A stretch of DNA of 63,431 nucleotides, counting the filler, from Octopus bimaculoides (lineage: Eukaryota): assembly GCF_001194135.2 (NCBI RefSeq). It is 5 parts of 4 records of this genome, joined end to end, with 100 filler letters (N's around TTAATTAATTAA, not from the genome) between each part and the next. Parts side by side here need not be neighbours in the genome. Positions count along the whole stretch, not along the records: positions 7,270 to 24,280 come from NC_068983.1; positions 24,381 to 31,466 come from NC_068989.1; 3 more parts are not named here. One strand, 5' to 3'. Of this stretch, positions 11,067 to 24,387 are shown piece by piece. The position numbers and the translations under genes are program-made. The first letter of the stretch is position 1, and each line of letters opens with the position of its first letter. The notes beneath the pieces are model-generated. The model saw nothing but the letters and a program-made list of their open reading frames with translations, did no database searches and was not told the origin of the DNA.

Positions 11067-12660
11067 TGTAATTAAAATCTTGTTCTTTATTGGGCACGAG
11101 GCCTAAAACAGAGAAGGGACAATACAAGGACAGACAAGTACATGTGGGGGTATAAAACGATGAATGAAAATGAGAATATGTACAAATGAGGACGGACATC
11201 CTTGCTTGAGCCCCCCTCCCCTCCCCCACACCTCAAGCAATCGGTTTTTCCTTTTCATTTCAGTTCATTTAACGTTTACATTATTGAATCCAGCCAATCA
11301 TATACGGGTCTAAGTCTACATATTTTATCACCGGGGGTAGGGTTTTGTACTTAACCTTCTCTTCCGTTATCCGTATATCATTTCCGTAGTACTTTCTTAA
11401 AAATTCGTATATTGGTATGTCACCTATGAAGTATTTTCTCTCAGTTCCAATCAACTTCACCTTAATCACATTCTTAAATCTATCAATGGTCTTTTCGATG
11501 GCTTCACTAGTTTTATAAAACAGCAAATTACCTGTCTGCTATTTCGGGGTCTGAGCTTCTGCAGTTGTCTGCTCGCTGGGAGTTTCCAAGCTGCTTTTTC
11601 CGGTGGATGCTGGCTGTGGTGTGCTGCTTTCCGTCGCTGCTTCTATTTGGTGTGCATTATTCCTCTTCTTCTTCGAACCTTTAGGGGACGAGTCACTCTT
11701 ACCTCTTTTCCTGGCGACCTGAGTGTGGTCTCCCTCGGCATCCGTTTGATCCAATTTGCCTGTATTTCGTCTCTCTTCCACTGCCTCTGCTGCACCCTCG
11801 TGTTCAGTCAGGACTTCTGCCCCCTTTTCTGATTCTATTGTACTTTGGGGAACTTCTTTTTGATGTGCCCTTTCTAGCCACATCCATAGCAAGTGGAAGA
11901 GGGTCTCCCCTCCACTGTTACCGTCAGTTTCATTTAGTCCGGTAATTCAATTATTTCGGGCACTTCACTTAGGTCAGTTTGTGATGCCATGCCAGGACCA
12001 TCAACTCGAGCCCATAACCCCATCAATTTAGCAGTTGTGTTCTGGTTGCTTGTACTATTATGAGTTCGTCTTTATTACTAGAGAGGACAGCCGCCGCCAT
12101 CCACCCCTCCTTCATTTCGGGTGGAATCCTGCCAACCTTACCCTAGATACACTTTTTCCTAGATAGGTTGGCAGGAGCAGCCATTCCTCGTTTCTTATTG
12201 GTACAATGGAGTTCTTTACTGGTTCTTCTATGGAGGCAAATCTCACCTCCACTGTACCGAATTTTTTCCTTGTGCGTAGTATGTTATTTCTTCTTTTATG
12301 TTCTTTAGACACTTCTCGATGGCCTCCTCCGAAGCCACTTCTATTTTCATTTCAGTCAGGTTGAGGGTTCTGTAGGTAATCGTCATTTTCTTTGCTTCTG
12401 CTAACTCTTCTGGAGGGGTCAACTTCACTTAACCCACCTCCTTTCGGCATACTCCTTGCATTTCTGCAACTTTTCGAGTGGTATAACTACCTTTCTCAAT
12501 TCGAACTGAGTTTTCTCTAGCATTCTTCTTTCCTGTTACTGATGCATAGTTTTCATTTCTTTTTTTCTTCGCCTGCACTAGGCAATTCCGCCTCCATCCC
12601 GCGCAGTGGGAGAAACAAACAAAAACACAAGCTTGCTGAACAAGCTGTCTTTCAAAAATG
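11067..12660 (-). mobile_element. L1/Tx1-like non-LTR element carrying only a degenerate ORF1 (HAL1-like)
   Basis: Minus strand: RRM-like ITYRTL..EEITYYAQGK/KFGTVEVRF..LLLPTYLGK..RVRL; zinc knuckle VTVEGRPSSTCYGCG*KGHIKKKFP (last C->F); charged linker (ORF 11539-11892) and, after one in-frame TAG, a C-terminal segment (ORF 11281-11526). Then a G-rich tract (11211-11227) and AATAAA (rc of 11086-11091). No EN/RT ORF between ORF1 and the 3' end. Confidence 0.7.
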
Positions 12661-14714
12661 ACAAAAATTCAACAATACAGTAACAATATTAACGGTACAA
12701 TACAATAGTTCAAATTTTCACGTACCTTGGCCGAAGCCGACAACCTAATGAATCACTCGTAATTCCGGAAATTGGAATTAAAATCAAATAACGAAGAGAT
12801 AAAAATAATATTACAAGAAATATTTTCTCGTAAAAAATAAAGGAACAATTTTTATATTTTACATATTGAATTGCGAGCAGAGTAGAAAAAGAATCATTGC
12901 CACCGAGTCTATTACTAATATCTATGGAAAAAATGTGAACACTTCAACTCACTTTTATATTGTTTTAAATTTAATAGGTCCTATAAACATCTTCTGAGAC
13001 AAGAGAGCACTGGCTTCAATTTGCCGATAGAAATGCTCTGTTTCTATAACAGGAGGATGAAATGATTTGAACCGGGTCTCGATATTACTGACCACTTAAC
13101 CTTTAAAAAATGTCTACAGTAAAGGACCAGAACATCAGAGGTTAGATGTAACAGATTAAATTAAAATCAGTTCATAATTCCACCGGTATTTGAACTCAGA
13201 ACGTAGAGAGAGACGTAGCTAACTAAATATTCTTAGATATTACGATGCATTTAATTCGAAGTTCCCTCCATTTTTATCACTCTACTCCCACTTAAAGTGA
13301 TATCGGTAAGATGTGAATTTGGAGCAGGAATAAATTCCGCAATGCCCATTCATTTCTGTCAGCAACCGTTTAATGACGTTTCTATACAAAGGCACAAGGC
13401 AACAAGTTTAGGGTAAGGAATATCGTCGATTTTATCGACCTGTTATTTTACTGGTGCTTTATTTTCTCAAGTTGAACACAAAAAGATACATCTAAACATT
13501 GCGAGACGTTTAGTACAACGATTTACAATTCTCACAATCAAATATCTCAACGTAATAATTTCTGTATTTTGTCAAAACTGAGTGACAAACGAGTGGACAC
13601 TGCAAAGAGAAAATGCAAAAAGGCAGGGCTTTTATGAATATGGAAAAACTGACAAAACTCAACAATATAATGATAATAAAAAGTTAGTTGGTGCTCGAAA
13701 TAACACTGTCAATAGTAAAATCTGTTAGATAACCTTAGATAAATCCCGAAATGATAAATCTATAGAAGGTGAATGTCCTCTTCCAAAATTCTGCCTCTTA
13801 TAGGTGCATAACTAGAGCAGAACCATTCATCTAGCCGTTCTCATCACTTTCAGTCATCTTTCAATAAATTTACTGGGGACAATACTGCGTGATTGCTTTC
13901 ACCTTCCTTTTCTTGAAAAAGTTAATAAAGGCCTGGACCAAAGGCAAAGCGACACTTTTAAGGGGGAAGCACCACTTTTGGGTCTGCTGTAGGCAATAGT
14001 ACTTTTAGTGGAGGCCCTGGGGCTGCAAACTGAAGGGCCAATCCGAGCGGCACACACTCTAGCTACTCTAGTGCACTGCATTACTTGATTATTCTGGTCT
14101 GCTTCTCCAGAAGAGATCGTTTAGTTTTTTTGTCTTCAAAAGATGTCAGCTCTTCTACTATCTATTTTCATGATCTTTCTAGCTTCCCTTATCTTCTTTG
14201 TGTTATCGAGAAAGATCTTTTCCCAACAGCTTGCGGTTGTAGTATTGCATTCGCTAATGTTATTGATGCAATTATTATTGTTGCTGGTACTGATACTGAT
14301 ATTATTGCTGCTGTTATTGGTACTTTATTTTAACTACCTTGAAAGGCAAAGTTGACCTCGCCGCTGAGTATTTTGTGCACCGCTAACGATTCTACCAATC
14401 CACTGCTCTTCATAACTTTTTCTGACATAGGCACAATGTCAGAAACGTGCGGGAGACGTTAATCGATTAAATTGACTTCAGTACAGGATTCTTTAATTTA
14501 TCGATTTGGGATAAGTTCTAACAAACACATAGCTTCAAATGCAAGAGAAAGTAAAAGTTGAGGGTCCGACAAGTACTTTATTATATCAATCCGGAATTAT
14601 AAAAGTCAATGCTGAAATCGACAGGATTTCAATTTAATATCTAAAGAGCCTGAATGAATACCGCAAAGTGTTTGATCCGACGTTCAGTCGTCTCTACCAA
14701 CCAATACTTTTTCT

Positions 14715-14927
14715 CTTTCTACCATAGGCACGAGGCCTGAAATTTTGTGGGAGGATGCTAGTCGATAATATTGAACCCAGTGCTCAGCTAGTGCTTATTT
14801 TATCGACCCCGACAGGATAAAATGCAAAGCGGACTTCGGCAGAATTTAAACTTAGAACGTAAAAGCCGGAAGATATGCTGCTAAAGCGTTTTGTCTGGCA
14901 TACGAACGATTCTGCCTGCTCGTCGCG
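14715..14927 (-). mobile_element. SINE family B (diverged, CpGs retained)
   Basis: Matches the 8611 copy and full-length copies at 50983 and 57588; further fragments at ~14335-14700 and 14942-15025. Confidence 0.8.
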
Positions 14928-15512
14928 TTAAATAATTCTTTTTAATATAAGTACAAGGCCTGAAATACTAGCAGGGCAGGAGTAGTCGATTATATCGACC
15001 CACATGGCTCACTGGTACTTATTTTATCTGAAGGTAATCTTGTTTTTATCTTGACTGTTAGCTTTCCGGAAACGAATACACGTTAATGCATTCCAGTCGT
15101 CCATTGCATTCTGAACTTCAACTTTCTCTTTTGTAGTAACTGACAAAGGATGAAGAAAAAAGAAGTGAATATTATGCACTAATTCAATAATATTCTAATT
15201 AAGTAACAATCAAAGACTACAACTCCAAGGCTTCATTAGAAAGTTGCAGCCATGTAATCAATTATATGGATGATATTGCACATGATATACAATATATACA
15301 TAGATACACTCATATTTATTATTCTTTAACAAGAATGGTGTTGACAGTGACTTCCAAGTTTTGGTCTGTTAGCTTTCATTGGACAGTCCGATGTAGGCTA
15401 AACAGGCAGAAACTCCGAATTCACTCTCAAGGACGAAAGACCTTTACCTTTAATTACATTTTGAAAACTGTTGATAGCAATTACATACATTATACCTATG
15501 TATATAACATGT

Positions 15513-15775
15513 GTGAAGTGGTCAGAGTGTTGCACTCACGATCGCGGTTTCGATCCCCGGACCGGCGGTGCATCGTACTCTTGAGTAAAACACTTCATTT
15601 CACATTGCTCCATCCCACTCGGCTGAAATCGAGCAACAACACCACGGACTGGCATTCCGTTCAGGAGGAATATTGACTTACTTGCCATGCCAGCGGGATG
15701 GCATCATTCGAAAGCTACGACAAAACGATGAAGTGAATTGTGACCAGCGGTGTATAACAATATCCGACAATCTGA
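15513..15775 (+). mobile_element. tRNA-derived SINE family C (V-domain-like)
   Basis: A/B-box-like gtggtcagagtg..ggtttcgatccc; body cttgagtaaaacacttcatttcacattgctcc..ggactggcattccgttcagg. Related to 43513 and 51205. Confidence 0.65.
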
Positions 15776-18700
15776 TAAATACAGTGACATATGTAAGCAT
15801 GTATATACCTTAATACGTAACGGTTTCAGTNNNNNNNNNNNNNNNNNNNNNNNNNNNNNNNNNNNNNNNNNNNNNNNNNNNNNNNNNNNNNNNNNNNNNN
15901 NNNNNNNNNNNNNNNNNNNNNNNNNNNNNNNNNNNNNNNNNNNNNNNNNNNNNNNNNNNNNNNNNNNNNNNNNNNNNNNNNNNNNNNNNNNNNNNNNNNN
16001 NNNNNNNNNNNNNNNNNNNNNNNNNNNNNNNNNNNNNNNNNNNNNNNNNNNNNNNNNNNNNNNNNNNNNNNNNNNNNNNNNNNNNNNNNNNNNNNNNNNN
16101 NNNNNNNNNNNNNNNNNNNNNNNNNNNNNNNNNNNNNNNNNNNNNNNNNNNNNNNNNNNNNNNNNNNNNNNNNNNNNNNNNNNNNNNNNNNNNNNNNNNN
16201 NNNNNNNNNNNNNNNNNNNNNNNNNNNNGCAGCACCCTTGACTTTTACAGGATGTCTGAAAATTGTGAAGTAAAGGAGGAATAAACTACGGCGGCTAGTA
16301 GATTGCTGCAATAGAAAGCAGTGCATCAAGATATCCTCAAACCAAAGACCCAGTCTAAATGCTTGCAGTAGAGTGGAACCCACTAAAGGCAGCCAAAGAC
16401 TAAATAATGATGTTAAACCGGGTGACTAATTAGGTACATCTTGCTAGAATAGATACATTCAATTTCCATCAATCTCATGTCACTCACAAAACTTGTGTCG
16501 ACCCCATGTAGAAGATACACTCCCAAAGTGATGTGTGTACATTGAGATCGAACTTGAGGACACATAATAGCGAAGAGAAGTTTTTAGCCACAGAGCCGTT
16601 CTTGCACCCGATTAAAAGAAACGACAAAACTTTTGGGGTAAAAGAAACTAATGTAATGAAAGAGTCAAGAAAGAACATGAATGAATTTAAAGAAAGATAT
16701 TCAAGGAAATATTTTTAAAATCTTTAATCCTTTGACTTAATGAATTAATGCTTTCAACAATGGATAAACATTCATTTTATCCAAATCACAAGAGACCATA
16801 ATATCGGTTTTTGTTCCTGGATTCTGTACAATTAAGCTGACGAACGATAAATTCACTAGTACAGTTATTTCCAAATTTTAGTCGCGGTAACCTGTTACTA
16901 TTTAAAAAAAAACAAACTGCAGAGCCAATTTTACTGGCAGTCCCCTGCCATCTTAATTTTAATGTCATTAAATGGAACAAAATTCGTTTTAGGGGAGGGA
17001 TTTTTCGTGCAAAAAAAGAAACACAGAAAATAATTTATTTTAAAAAGGGGGAATAACGTTTTTTTACCAAATAATTATTCAATAAATTTCATTAATAGAC
17101 ACTTTATCACGCGGAACACTGGAATTTTATCGGGGAGCCCACTCAGAGAAACACTTTAATAAGATAGGATATTGGACCATGTAGATGGATCCTGTTGCCA
17201 GAATAACGTAACCCAGAACTTCAAACAAACGAAGCAATCATTAGTTCTATGTAATATTTCTGTTAACCCTTGTTGATGTTTGGTCGCAATAATCGAGCAG
17301 ATCTATAGTCAAAGGCTTCCTAACCATTATTTGTCGTCAAATAAATGAACAATAAATATTCGGTTGTATTAGAAGTTAATTTATTACTGCTAACATTCAT
17401 AGAAGATCTTATACGTACTGTTTACATCTAATTTAAATTCGAGTATTAAGAACTACGCAGTGGCGTTGCGTCGGCAATGCCACAGAGGTCATTACTCTGG
17501 GCACAAAATACCAAAAGTAAAATAATAAAGTAATAATAAGACATATAACTGTCCACTGGTGGTGGTGTAGCGTAGGGTATGCTAACTGTACAGGGCGACC
17601 ACTTTATATTGGTATATTTTAAATAAAGTAGGCGGCTAATTTAGCAACAACAAGAGAGGCCAAAACCCACGTAATGTCCACGGGTTAGGGGATGCGCCTT
17701 ACGTCACCGGATCTACAAAATAGCAACACAATCAGTACAAATTAATTATGGCGTCTGCCATGAAATGTAACCTTATACACATTTTATTGATAATGGGAAT
17801 TGCATATATTTGTACCATGTTAGATTTTGAGTGTGGTACTGATATAGTCGCCTGAGATAAGCCTATTACAATCAAAGAGGTTACATTTGATATCGTAACC
17901 AGAAAAGACGAAACTAAGATTAATATATTTCCTCTTGCGTTAGCCACTTACACTATACTAATAAGGTATGTTAACAAATAAAATTTTAATAAAATATAGA
18001 TGTTATATATATAATTACTTTTGCATGAGTTCTCGCCAAACATCAATAGGAAACATCATATCCATTTCGGTTTTCACAATTCCGTTGCTTGAGTCGTACA
18101 AAAAATTCATCTCTCTGCCTAAAATGAAATCAATTGTAGATTCAGTATTAGTTTTAAAAGTTAGAAGATTCACAGCGCCAAGAAGATTCACCAAATATGA
18201 AAGATCGTTTTATGAAACATTTTAAACAACACGGGAAATTATGAATGTAGCAATCTCGATCAGTAGTAGTCAACTTTTTTCTCCGTACGAATATTGCCGA
18301 AAGATTTAGAAAGAACTATTTACTTTGTTACTAGGAAAATATATGCGTACACAATTTTTTATTCTATTTTATTTATTGAAGAAATTATGCTATTTCATAA
18401 AAAGATATTTTTTATTAAAACAAGCGTCTTCAGAATGTCATACAGATTCTGTTCTTGAATCAAATAAGGATGTGTGGCGAAAAGGTAAGCAATGAATTTC
18501 CCACCAATTCATCCAACGCGGGAAGGTGATCACTTGCTTTAGTCTTTTTTTTTTCAGTCCCTGCCGAGAAGCCCTTCTTCTAGAAGTATGTATTATGAAA
18601 TAGAACCAACGTTTTAGATATCTCAACAACCAGCCTTTTCATTTCAATCGCTTCATTATAACTAAAGGTACTTTCCTAGTTTATGCAGAGAATTTTATTT

Positions 18701-18803
18701 CCGCACCATGTTTCACTACAAACGTTGAATCTCAGCCTCCTTAGGAGTATTCGACGTATTAATATCTCATGAAATGGATTTAACACCCAGCCTGATAATT
18801 CTA

Positions 18804-20043
18804 TTGGGTCATCCCATAAGTTCTGTCCGATTTTACTTTTTTTATAATTGAATGAAATTTAATAGTTTTTTAGAATGTCTAATGGAATTAAAAATTATTT
18901 TTATGCATTTGTGTACATTTAAACTAATTAAATATTATTTTACAGTATAATAGAATTAAAATTTCTTTGATTAAAACCCTTTCTAACATGGAAGTAACCA
19001 AAAAGCATTTAAGGCACATAATGTTTTATGAGTACAAAAAAGGAAACTCTGCAGCCGAAGCAACTCGAAACATATACTCAGTTTATGGGAAAGAATGCTT
19101 GCATGAAAGAACTTGCAGAAGATGGTTTGCAAAATTCAGAAGTGGAGATTTCAGCCTTGAAGATGAAGACTGAACAGGACGTCTAGTTGGGTTTGATGAA
19201 AAGCTCCTTGAGGCATTGCTTGAAGAAAATCCTGCATTATCAGTTGAAAATTGGCAATAAAGCTTAGATCAAACCATACAACTGTTCATCGTCATCTTCA
19301 ACAACTTGGAAAGGTTCCTAAACTTGGAAATGGGTGCCTCATGAATTGTCCGAAAGCAACCGCAAATCCCGAGTTGACATCTGCTCTTCTCTCCATTCTC
19401 GTAAACTCATTTCACCCTTTTTGGATAGACTTGTGACTGGTGACGAAAAATGAATCTTCTATCGAAATGTTAAACGTCGTAAACATTGGCTTGATAAAAG
19501 GGAAAAAGCTCAGCCACAACCGAAAAGGGAACTTCATGGGAAAAAGGTTCTCTCTATCTGGTGGGATTGCAAAGGAGTAATTCACTTTGAATTATTACCA
19601 CCTAATGCAACAATCAATGCTCAAGTCTACTGTCAGAAATTAGAGCATCTGAACCAAGCTTTGAATAAAAAAAATGACCCGCTTTAGTGAATCGGAAAGG
19701 CGTGATGTTTCATCAGGACAATGCGCGATTCCACACTGCAAAGATCACATCACAGAAGACCGAAGAGCTTGGTTGGGAAAAAATTCCTCATCCACTTTAT
19801 TCTCCCGACCACCATTTCTTTCGTAGTTTACAGAATAATTTGGGGAGCATAACTTTCGTAAGCCAGGAGGAGGTCGAAACTGACATTTCAGAGTTCTTTG
19901 CTTTGAAGCCAAAAGAGTTTTACATTGATGGGATTAATATGCTTGTAAATGGATTGTAAATAGATTAAATTTCAATTGAATATAACATTTGATCACTTAT
20001 TTTTTTAATTCAAAATTCGGACAGAACTTATGGGATGACCTGA
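18804..20043 (+). mobile_element. Full-length dead mariner (DD34D) element, 1240 bp
   Basis: TIRs ttgggtcatcccataagttctgtccgatttt and aaaattcggacagaacttatgggatgacctga; TA at 18802-03 and 20044-45. Transposase from ATG 18988 (MEVTKKHLRHIMFYEY..) with KWVPHEL, TGDEK*, HQDNARFH. YSPD is followed directly by HHFFRSL, so LAPSD and the third catalytic D are deleted. Stops and frameshifts present. Confidence 0.97.
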
Positions 20044-20049
20044 TAGTTA

Positions 20050-21260
20050 TTAGTGATGGAAAGTATCTTCAAACGATTTAGATGATCCATCATGATCTAT
20101 GGATGCTGCTATAGTCCTCAAAATCCGTCTCCATGAAAGTTCCGATGTATAAGCAAAATAGAGAAGGGTAACTGCTTAACGTTTTCTTCATAAAGCCTTA
20201 ACGGAACTTGAAATCTATGGATCTTGCTAATTGAAACAAAGGGAGTTGTAGCGAATTTGAAGAGATTGATGAGGTCATGGGGCTACTTCTGTAATGTATT
20301 GCCGGCGGTAATAGATAAGACATTGTCTCGGTCCGTGGCCTTCTTGATTTGAAATGACTAGAGGTGCTTTCCAACTGGACGTGTGGGTATGCGTGTGAGT
20401 GTACACAGTAGTTAACCTGGTGGAGTGGAAAAGGATAGTTTTAGTAAGGATTTGCCAAGTGTGGGCTGTATGGTATTGCATGTAGGAAAGCAAATGTGGA
20501 AATGTTCTCTGTGGGAGTACATCTTTCAGAACCTATGGAGCTGGATAGTGGAAGGAAGCGAGATTCTGCAAAGTTAGTAAATATCCTTTCGGTAAGGAAC
20601 CAAAAATAGTGGATTTTCTAACTTTTAAAGCTAATGTATGTATCTACAATTGATTCATTTTAGACAGAGAAATGAATTTTCTGCACGACTCAAACAACGG
20701 AATTGTAGAAACCGAAATGGATATGATGTTTATTTTTGATGTTTGTCGAGAGCTCATGCAAAAGTAATTACATATATAATGCCTTTATTTTATAGGTTTG
20801 AGAGGCGAGAGAGATTGTGGTCTGTGAAATCGAGCATCGTTCGAATTTTGGAGGAGGATCTTGCATAACCCTTGGTAATGGTCAAAGCCGTCCAGGTTAT
20901 AGAAGTGTATGATTTTGTATAAACAGAACTACAGTATTGGTAACACATATGTCTTATGAAGAGTAATCTGTTCAAAACTGAAGTATCTTTTGCTCTTGAA
21001 TGAGATTCAGTTTTTGCTATGTTATACGTAGAAAATGGTAACTCCCCATGTAGGGATGTTTGACGTCGACATAATTTTTGTTGATGCTACCCTCCTTGCT
21101 CAAAATTTAGGCAGTAAAAGTACCTGACCAGCTATTGAGTAGGATATCCCTTCTTGGATAGTTCCGCTATGAAATCATTCCAACTCTATCTCATCTTTAG
21201 TATACATAATATTACATTATGTATCAGTCGAGTTCATACACAACCACATAGAATCTCAAT
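20050..21260 (-). mobile_element. Decayed CR1-like LINE RT remnant
   Basis: Minus-strand KATDRDNV..L..DLINLF (cf. KA.GPD.I..L..LF) and D.SKSFE..H (cf. DISKAFD.VWH); many stops. Confidence 0.4.
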
Positions 21261-21895
21261 CTCTGGTCATTGTATTGCGTAGCTCATTGTCGGCTCTGAT
21301 TATGCAGACCTACAATTGAAGACCTTACTATCATAATCTCCCATCTCAGATAAAATGTATATAGAAGATATTTAAGGTGGATGGGTAGGATTTGAGCGGA
21401 ATTTGGTCGCTCTTTTTAACAAGTCAAGCAACGACGAGTGAACACATTTAGGGATTGTGGATGAAGGAATAAATCTTTTGTTTCCTCCTGCTCGTAAAAT
21501 TTACATAGCACCAGGCCTGAAATAAAAGATTCTATTTTTATATTGTTTATTCATTAAATTATGTCTTTGTTTGTTGTAACCGTAATTTAGGTTATGTGCT
21601 GTAGTCATGAAAAGAAGATAAGTGATGTGTGTCATGAAAAGAACATTGAAAGATTTTCCTCTGAAATAGAAAGAGATATTTTATTTTGTTCTATTTTGAG
21701 CGCCATAAAAATTAATTGATACAGTAAAGATCCTCGAAAGGGTTCGAACGGGAAAATCTCACGATCAGAGGAGTATCATGGTAATGTAAGTGTATGTGTG
21801 TGTTTGATTGAATTGTTAGCAGCGTGTGTGTAAGTGATGCAAAGGATAAAGGTGTGTGTGTGTGCTTACATGGTATATCTGGTTGTCGTCGCATA

Positions 21896-22022
21896 CTTCT
21901 CTTTCACGGTTATTTCACTTCTCGTTTTTTTGCTTCTCTTTCACGGTTATTTCACTTCTCGTTTTTTTTCTTCTCTTTCACGGTTATTTCACTTCTCGTT
22001 TTTTTGCTTCTCTTTCACGGTT
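21896..22022. repeat. 37-bp tandem repeat, ~3.4 copies
   Basis: Unit cttctctttcacggttatttcacttctcgtttttttg, near-identical copies. Confidence 0.95.
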
Positions 22023-24324
22023 TACTGTATATTGGTCTTTGCTATAGTTGACAGGTGGTACTGGCCGCCGCTGCAGTTTTAACAGGGCAACAAAATATTT
22101 CAGTTCATATATTCTTCTCTTCGAAGCTAGGTACCAACTAACTGATCTGTCTTTATCTATTTCTACACAAGTCATGAATAATAGAACCAAAACAAGGTCA
22201 AAAGGATTCATTTGATTGGTCGATAAAGACCAAAGACTTCTGTTACAAGCCTGCCAATGTGCCCAGATTTATTCATAGTTAGTGAAACGAGAGTTTGNNN
22301 NNNNNNNTTCCCATTGCATTCTTTTGAAACGTTTTGAATGATTTTAAGTAGATACGTGGGAGAGACTAACGAGAATACAGATATGTGATGAAATTTCGAT
22401 AAAAGAATTGAAGCGTAAGACTACTTACTTGATTCGGAAGCGTCTGCAATTATTTGATCGATTGATTTTTCTTCTGCAACCTGGGAAAGAAAGACAAGGA
22501 AACAGCTCTGACTTTTGACTTTAAGAAATTAATTTAAAGAATTTCAACTTTGCTGATGTTTAACGGTAGACGGGATATATGGTGTAGTCACCAACATGAG
22601 TTTTATTGATACTATAATGACAAGATGGTGGTGATAAATTAGGTGATGGATTAAGTTAGGTGTCGCAGAGAAAGAGCAGGTGTGTCTTTTATGCCACGCT
22701 GTGAACAAGAAAATTGCCGCAGCCGCATGGCTGACAAAAAAATAAAAGAATAAAAGAACATGCGGGGTATCAACCATGTCAATCGATCATGAAATGAAAT
22801 ATTTCTTTTTTGAAAATTTCAAGTCTTCATCTTTTACTCCCGATTTGATGTATGCTTTAATTCTATCGCACTAAAATAATGTCGTTAATTACATAGAAAA
22901 GATCAACTGCAATACATTTCAGTTTTATTCTTCAAAGTATTATCTACTTTAACTTATTAAGATAAAGAATTGGCAGAGTGCCAAGGTCGTTGGATAGAGC
23001 GTCTCGCTTTCCGAGTTCAAATCCTGCCGAGTTGAACTTAGCCTTCCGGGGTTTATGAAAACAGTATCAGTCCAAGGCAGGTGGATTGGTGAAAGTGATA
23101 GCAGGTCGGTCAAGATACCTTACTGTATCTCTTCCGGGGTTTTTACATTCTTACAGCAAGGCTTATGACGTGGCTGGTGCTAAGCTGCATAAGTGTTTCG
23201 TTTTGACAACATCGGAGAAGTGAAGAGAGGAGATTCGCATACAAGGGCAACTGCCAGTCTTCTTTGAAAAACCTAAAATATATTGCTGTTGATCTTCCTG
23301 TGTAATTACATTATCTTAGGGCAATAGAATTAAAGCACACCTTAAACTAAGAGTGAAAGTTAACGACTAAGTGATACACATGTAAATGTAATTTACAAAT
23401 TTCTGTGAAAAGTATTTAATTTAATGATCAATTGACACAGTCGACACCCCACATATGCAATTTCTTGTTCACAGCATGGCATAAAAGACACTCTGTTCTT
23501 ATCATGCGGGGCCTAATTGTGAATACCTAAGCAACTATAACTGAAAGCAGCCCTCGAAGATTTTTTAAAAATAACATTGACTTTTAAAACTGCATGCGGT
23601 TTTACGTGTTAATTCGCATAAGGATATGAAGTGTTTTATGTTATCGCTTTATTTTTGTTACAGAGAAAGTAACAGAGACCAGGCACAAAAAAAAGCAAAA
23701 TAAACAAGTGAATATGGTATTTAGACTTCGATCTCGTTCGTAAGTTCAATTTGGTAGCAGATAGTCTGTTGTTTTTACCGACCTCAGTGCAGCCAACGAT
23801 CGAAAAGAAAGCCTTCAAATCTTTTTGAAAGTTATTCATGATTGATTAGCTTCTTATATGGTGGAAATTTCTCTTGTATCCGTTTTAAGGATTTGTAGTG
23901 ACGTCACATTGGCGCCAAAAGGCCGACGCCATTGCTGAATCCTTAACCACACATGCGTGGGTTTCAACATCGAAGCGTTCCCGCTATTAGACTGTCTCTT
24001 ACCAAGCCAGACAGCGACCAAGCAAGACGTCTAAGCAAGCTCTCCCATTTGAGTGTGGTTGAACCAAGTTGTCTCTATAACGACACCAGCTCGAAGAACC
24101 GTACATCTACATTTCAGGCTACTCTAAAACCGGACAATTAGAAGCTGTTTTATTTTCCACCGAACAATAAATATTTGTTGTTGTTGATCAGTTTGGAGTT
24201 TCTGCGATCAGTTCTCTTCCAATTTAATGTAGGAAAGTTAGGTGTATATCTAAAGATATATAACCCACTCTCCTAAAGATNNNNNNNNNNNNNNNNNNNN
24301 NNNNNNNNNNNNNNNNNNNNNNNN

Positions 24325-24336
24325 TTAATTAATTAA
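24325..24336. other. Assembly linker TTAATTAATTAA
   Basis: 44N+linker+44N (24281-24380). Confidence 0.95.
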
Positions 24337-24387
24337 NNNNNNNNNNNNNNNNNNNNNNNNNNNNNNNNNNNNNNNNNNNNTATATAT

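Noticed and set aside
16230-16980. Short ORFs in unique-looking sequence
   Set aside because: No recognisable motif, no coherent splice chain.
21896-22022. CRISPR-like appearance of 37-bp and 61-bp repeats
   Set aside because: Units are contiguous with no unique spacers, and the context is eukaryotic.
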